Assembly (NCBI RefSeq): GCF_000219175.1
Contig: NC_015735.1
Span: 210,001-242,000 of the forward strand
DNA from: Candidatus Moranella endobia PCIT
Lineage (GTDB): Bacteria > Pseudomonadota > Gammaproteobacteria > Enterobacterales > Enterobacteriaceae
Direction: 5' to 3'
Length of the DNA: 32,000 bases
Shown here: positions 28,146 to 32,000 of the stretch, one piece after another
Numbering within the stretch: the first letter of the stretch is position 1
How the letters are laid out: each line of letters opens with the position of its first letter
Made by a program: the position numbers and the translations under genes
Notes under the pieces: generated by a model
What the model saw: the letters and a program-made list of their open reading frames with translations, nothing else
Database searches by the model: none
Told to the model about the DNA's origin: nothing

Positions 28146-29441
28146 CTAACATTTAAGTTCAGGCATACCGTTGAAAGGCGCACGTATCCCAAGGTATTCT
28201 TCAATGCGAAGAAGCTGGTTGTATTTTGCCAAGCGATCAGAACGACTCATCGAGCCGGTTTTGATTTGGCCAGCAGCTGTTCCTACTGCAAGATCGGCGA
28301 TAGTAGCATCTTCGGTTTCACCAGAACGGTGAGAGATAATGGTTTTATAACCAGCATTTTTTGCCATCCTGATCGCCGCTAATGTCTCTGTCAGTGAACC
28401 AACCTGGTTGAATTTAATCAGGATGGCGTTAGCGATACCTTTGTCTATACCTTGTTTTAGCAGGCTAGTATTAGTTACAAATAGATCGTCACCTACTAGC
28501 TGAATTTTTTCTCCTAGCACTTTGGTTTGGTAAGCAAAACCATCCCAGTCGGACTCATTAAGACCATCTTCAATAGAAAAGATTGAATACTGTTTAGTCA
28601 GATCTTCTAGATAATGGGTGAATTCCTGCGAGGTAAAAGTTTTGCCTTCGCCAGGCAGGTTATAGTTGCCGTTTGAATGGTCAAATAATTCGGAGGCCGC
28701 GCAGTCAATTGCCAGGACGATATCTTTACCAAGCAAGTAACCAGCTTTCTCTACCGCTTCCTGGATAGCGGCCAATGCTGAGGCGTTGGATATAACGTTT
28801 GGCGCATAGCCGCCCTCGTCGCCTACTGCGGTACTCATCCCTTTACTTTTTAAGACTTTGGCAAGAGAGTGGAATACTTCTGAACCTATGCGCACTGCCT
28901 CTTTAAAAGTTTTTGCAACAACAGGCAGGATCATGAATTCCTGTATGTCAACGTTGTTATCAGCATGTGCACCACCATTAAGAATGTTAATCATCGGTAG
29001 CGGCATGGAAAATTTCCCTGGAGTACCATTCAGCTCCGCAATATGTTCATATAGCGGCATTCTTTTGGATAATGCAGCGGCTTTTGCAGCTGCAAAAGAC
29101 ACAGCGGCAATCGCGTTGGCACCAAACTTAGATTTGTTTGCGGTGCCGTCAAGTTCAATTATGGTTTTATCCAATGTAGCCTGAACTTTTGCGTCTTTAC
29201 CGGCCAATGCCTGAGCAATAGGACCGTTTACTGCAGCAACCGCTCTAGTAACACCTTTGCCTAAAAAACGTAATTTATCTCCATCACGTAATTCTAGCGC
29301 TTCAAGCGAGCCAATAGAAGCACCTGATGGTGTTGCAGCTAATCCAACAAAACCACCATCAAGATGCACTTCTGCTTCTACGGTTGGATGTCCACGGGAG
29401 TCAATAATTTCACGGCCAATTACTTTGACAATTTTTGACAT
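28146..29441 (-). CDS. eno: enolase (phosphopyruvate hydratase)
   Basis: The 431-aa ORF reads [68 protein letters not shown] and [19 protein letters not shown]. It is colinear with E. coli Eno. Confidence 0.98.
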   Translation of the reverse strand: MSKIVKVIGREIIDSRGHPTVEAEVHLDGGFVGLAATPSGASIGSLEALELRDGDKLRFLGKGVTRAVAAVNGPIAQALAGKDAKVQATLDKTIIELDGTANKSKFGANAIAAVSFAAAKAAALSKRMPLYEHIAELNGTPGKFSMPLPMINILNGGAHADNNVDIQEFMILPVVAKTFKEAVRIGSEVFHSLAKVLKSKGMSTAVGDEGGYAPNVISNASALAAIQEAVEKAGYLLGKDIVLAIDCAASELFDHSNGNYNLPGEGKTFTSQEFTHYLEDLTKQYSIFSIEDGLNESDWDGFAYQTKVLGEKIQLVGDDLFVTNTSLLKQGIDKGIANAILIKFNQVGSLTETLAAIRMAKNAGYKTIISHRSGETEDATIADLAVGTAAGQIKTGSMSRSDRLAKYNQLLRIEEYLGIRAPFNGMPELKC

Positions 29442-29774
29442 TAGTATTTCCTCAGTACAAGTGAAAATATAATTTCTAACAGACGAAACGTAAGCGGTTG
29501 GGTTTATTCATAGCTTGTTGTTGGTTAAGCATTTGCCAGCGAGACCGGAAAACACCACTTAATCCAATATCCAATGGCACAATAAAAACAGCCGTAAAAA
29601 TTGTTTTTCTGGAATATGCGTGAGGTATTAATATTATTAAATAATCCCAGCTACCCTACAGTACAAATGTAATTTTGTTGTATCTTAGCTGTATTTTAAC
29701 TTAAATATCATGGAGATAAATTTATTATTACCTAACCCGTTTATTATCCTGCTAAACATGATGCTCCTATATTT

Positions 29775-29949
29775 ATTATAATAGCTAATCACAACTTTCT
29801 TAGAGTTAATTTATTATTGTTGCATCATCAGCAAATGATACGTAGTCACGAGCAAGTTCAGTGTAAGTATTTTAGTAACCAAACGCTGTAATATCTATGA
29901 TTATAATCTTAGTATTACCTACATCAGGTTTTAGCAGTATAGTTGACAT
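29775..29949 (-). pseudogene. engB: relic of the engB (yihA) 5' part
   Basis: It is divergent from polA, as in E. coli (yihA divergent from polA). MSTILLKPDVGNTKIIIIDITAFGY*NTYTELARDYVSFADDATIIN*L*ESCD* matches EngB [60 protein letters not shown]. The G1 motif GRSNAGKS is replaced by FGY-stop, and several stops follow. Confidence 0.4.
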
Positions 29950-30006
29950 TTACTTATAATTTATCAAAACTTATTAAAAATAAAATAATGATGATTATGC
30001 CCATGT

Positions 30007-30015
30007 TGTTATAAT
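30007..30015 (+). promoter_or_regulatory. candidate extended -10 promoter element for polA
   Basis: TGTTATAAT is a perfect TGnTATAAT extended -10 element, 83 nt upstream of the polA ATG. No good -35 is present, which is tolerated by extended -10 promoters. This is a sequence match only. Confidence 0.3.
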
Positions 30016-30097
30016 GAAATTTTGATTGTTTCTATGCCGTTATAATCATCAAATTCCACATATTTTTTACTGATTAGGTTAAAATAAAACATCAACT

Positions 30098-32000
30098 ATG
30101 TACCAAATACAGAAAAAAAATACGTTAATTTTGGTTGATGGTTCTTTTTACCTTTACCGTGCCTATCATGCCTTACCGTCGTTGAATAATATCGCGGGGG
30201 AACCAACAGGGGCAATGTACGGCGTATTGAATATGCTTAAAAGCTTGCTTATACAATACCAACCAAGTCATGTAGCGGTAGTATTTGATACCAAGGATAA
30301 AACCTTTCGTGATCAATTATTCGAGCATTACAAATTACACCGACCAATAATGCCGGAAAATCTGCGCAAGCAGATCACACCACTGTATGATATGGTTAAA
30401 GCAATGGGATTGCCTATACTGTCTATCAGTGGCATTGAGGCTGATGATGTTATAGGTACATTGGCTATAACAGCGGCGCGCGACGGTTGTGATGTCCGGA
30501 TAATCACTGGTGATAAAGATATAGCACAGCTGGTATCGTCTAAAATTACCATGACTAATACCTTGGCAAATACCATTATAGGTCCAGAAGAAGTAAAAAC
30601 TAAATTTGGTGTACCGCCAGCACTTATCATCGATTATCTGGCGCTAATGGGTGACAGAGCTGATAATATTCCTGGTGTGATGGGAATAGGTAAGAAAACA
30701 GCGCAGATACTTTTACATGAAATAGGTGGGCTGGAAACCATATATCAACAGCTTGATAGCATTAGTATCTTGTGCTGTCGCGGCGCCAAAAACATTGCCA
30801 CCAAACTCGAGCAACAACGTGATTTAGCGTTCCTTTCCTACCAGTTAGCCACTATTAAAACCGATGTGGTACTGGATTTATCCTATTATCAACTAACGGT
30901 AGAAGAACCACAATACAAACTGTTAAGACTATTATTCCAACGTTATGAATTTAAACGCTGGCTTAGCGACTTGAACACTGGTAAATGGCTACAAAAAACT
31001 GATAAAAATGCCGTTACTACGCCGTCACCCTGGGCTGCTACTCGACCAGTAGCTGCTGAAGATCCAAGTGAAGTAATATCAACAGTAAGTTATTCTCAAA
31101 TAACCGATATGGCGACGCTTGACAGTTGGATTAACATGATTCACAACAATGGTGTATTCGCTTTCAATACTGCAACTGACGGACTGGATACTATGACAGC
31201 CAACCTGGTGGGACTATTTTTTGCGGTGAAACCAGGTAAGGTAACCTATCTGCTGTTGGGGCAAGATTATCTGAATGAGCCGCACAAGCTTGACCAAACA
31301 GCGGTCTTAACAGCGCTGAAACCGATACTAGAAGACCCAACTATCAGCAAAATAGGCTTTAATCTCAAGTTTGATCAAGGAATTTTAAATCAATATCACA
31401 TTCATTTGGCTGGTATTACATTCGATACCATGCTTGAATCTTACGTTCTGAACAGCGTCGCTGGTAAACACGATATTGCCAGCATTGCGAAACGTTTTTT
31501 ACAGTACACTACCGTGAACTTCGACAAGATAGCTGTTGACCAATACAAGCTGATGTTTAATCACAGTGCGTTAGAACAGACCATAACTTACGCCGCCCAC
31601 GCGGACATAATACTACGTTTGCATCAAACGTTATGGCCGCGCCTTGAGCAGGCAGCGGAACTAAAAAAGGTTTTTGAGCAAATTGACATTCCCCTAGTAC
31701 CAGTACTATCGCGCATCGAGCGCAACGGTGTGCTAATTGATGAACAACTTCTTGCCAAATATTCGGTGGAGCTGACCAACCGCCTGGAAGAGCTGGAACT
31801 TGAAGCACATAAGCTAGTAAAAAAACCGTTCAATCTTACATCCACAAAACAGCTGCAGGCAATTTTATGCGATAAAAAGCAGAAATTGCAAACAATGAAA
31901 CAATACCTGGCAGATACTTCTTTCAATAACAACAAAGAAGAACAAGGAAAAAAAGAAGCGCAAGCCAATATGATACTAGTGATGCTAGCTTATGCGTTGC
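30098..32000 (+). CDS. polA: DNA polymerase I; the 3' part lies beyond the window, and the 3'-5' exonuclease active-site residues are substituted
   Basis: It is missing from the ORF track because it has no stop before the window end. The frame from ATG 30098 stays open for 634 codons. The 5' nuclease motifs are intact (LVDGSFYLYRAYHA, VVFDTKDKTFRD, GIEADDVIGTLA, ITGDKDIAQLV, LMGDRADNIPGV). The exo domain is recognisable (VFAFNTATDGLD, NLKFDQGIL, TMLESYVLNS, YAAHADIILRLH). The start of the polymerase domain is conserved (PLVPVLSRIERNGVLID, FNLTSTKQLQAIL). Confidence 0.93.
   Translation, partial: MYQIQKKNTLILVDGSFYLYRAYHALPSLNNIAGEPTGAMYGVLNMLKSLLIQYQPSHVAVVFDTKDKTFRDQLFEHYKLHRPIMPENLRKQITPLYDMVKAMGLPILSISGIEADDVIGTLAITAARDGCDVRIITGDKDIAQLVSSKITMTNTLANTIIGPEEVKTKFGVPPALIIDYLALMGDRADNIPGVMGIGKKTAQILLHEIGGLETIYQQLDSISILCCRGAKNIATKLEQQRDLAFLSYQLATIKTDVVLDLSYYQLTVEEPQYKLLRLLFQRYEFKRWLSDLNTGKWLQKTDKNAVTTPSPWAATRPVAAEDPSEVISTVSYSQITDMATLDSWINMIHNNGVFAFNTATDGLDTMTANLVGLFFAVKPGKVTYLLLGQDYLNEPHKLDQTAVLTALKPILEDPTISKIGFNLKFDQGILNQYHIHLAGITFDTMLESYVLNSVAGKHDIASIAKRFLQYTTVNFDKIAVDQYKLMFNHSALEQTITYAAHADIILRLHQTLWPRLEQAAELKKVFEQIDIPLVPVLSRIERNGVLIDEQLLAKYSVELTNRLEELELEAHKLVKKPFNLTSTKQLQAILCDKKQKLQTMKQYLADTSFNNNKEEQGKKEAQANMILVMLAYAL

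Noticed and set aside
30328-31968. Minus-strand ORFs of 100, 83 and 114 aa.
   Set aside because: They are antisense to the open, conserved polA frame, which the track omitted only because it has no stop in the window.

Overview
The window looks like the chromosome of a genome-reduced, AT-biased Enterobacterales bacterium, of the insect-endosymbiont type. That taxonomic guess is inference from gene content and decay pattern only. All homology calls come from hand translation aligned by eye to E. coli K-12 protein sequences recalled from memory; no database search was run. I find 22 intact-looking housekeeping protein genes: asd, degQ, ibaG, hisS, bamB, der, rpoZ, recG, lptB, lptA, lptC, kdsC, aceE, aceF, lpdA, tusA, cysG, cysH, cysI, cysJ, eno and polA. 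There are also two tRNAs, Gly-GCC and Pro-GGG. By my coordinates these cover about 26 of the 32 kb. Nearly every long spacer holds a recognisable, stop-riddled relic of the gene that flanks the surviving gene in E. coli. The relics are zapE, zapG, mlaB, ispG, yfgM, gmk, spoT, trmH, rpoN, kdsD, pdhR and engB, with pyrG and murA as possibles. The window is therefore a mosaic of ancestral synteny blocks undergoing deletional decay. I see no IS element, transposase, integrase, prophage, CRISPR array, toxin-antitoxin pair or defence-type gene, and no convincing novel multi-gene system. Eight observations seem most worth a second look. (1) PolA has the proofreading carboxylates D355 and E357 replaced (N, A) and the YxxxD motif disturbed, while its 5' nuclease and polymerase motifs stay intact. 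(2) BamB has the invariant lipobox cysteine replaced by Tyr. (3) cysJIH, cysG and tusA form one co-oriented sulfur cluster, although they lie at three unlinked loci in E. coli. (4) An 86-codon ORF is a chimera of the spoT 3' end and trmH fragments. (5) kdsD is dead while kdsC-lptCAB is intact. (6) A perfect 34-bp palindrome sits inside an otherwise decayed relic. (7) A8-A9 homopolymer tracts recur in frame in intact genes. (8) Regulators (spoT, rpoN, pdhR) and several genes essential in E. coli (gmk, ispG, engB) have been lost from their ancestral positions.
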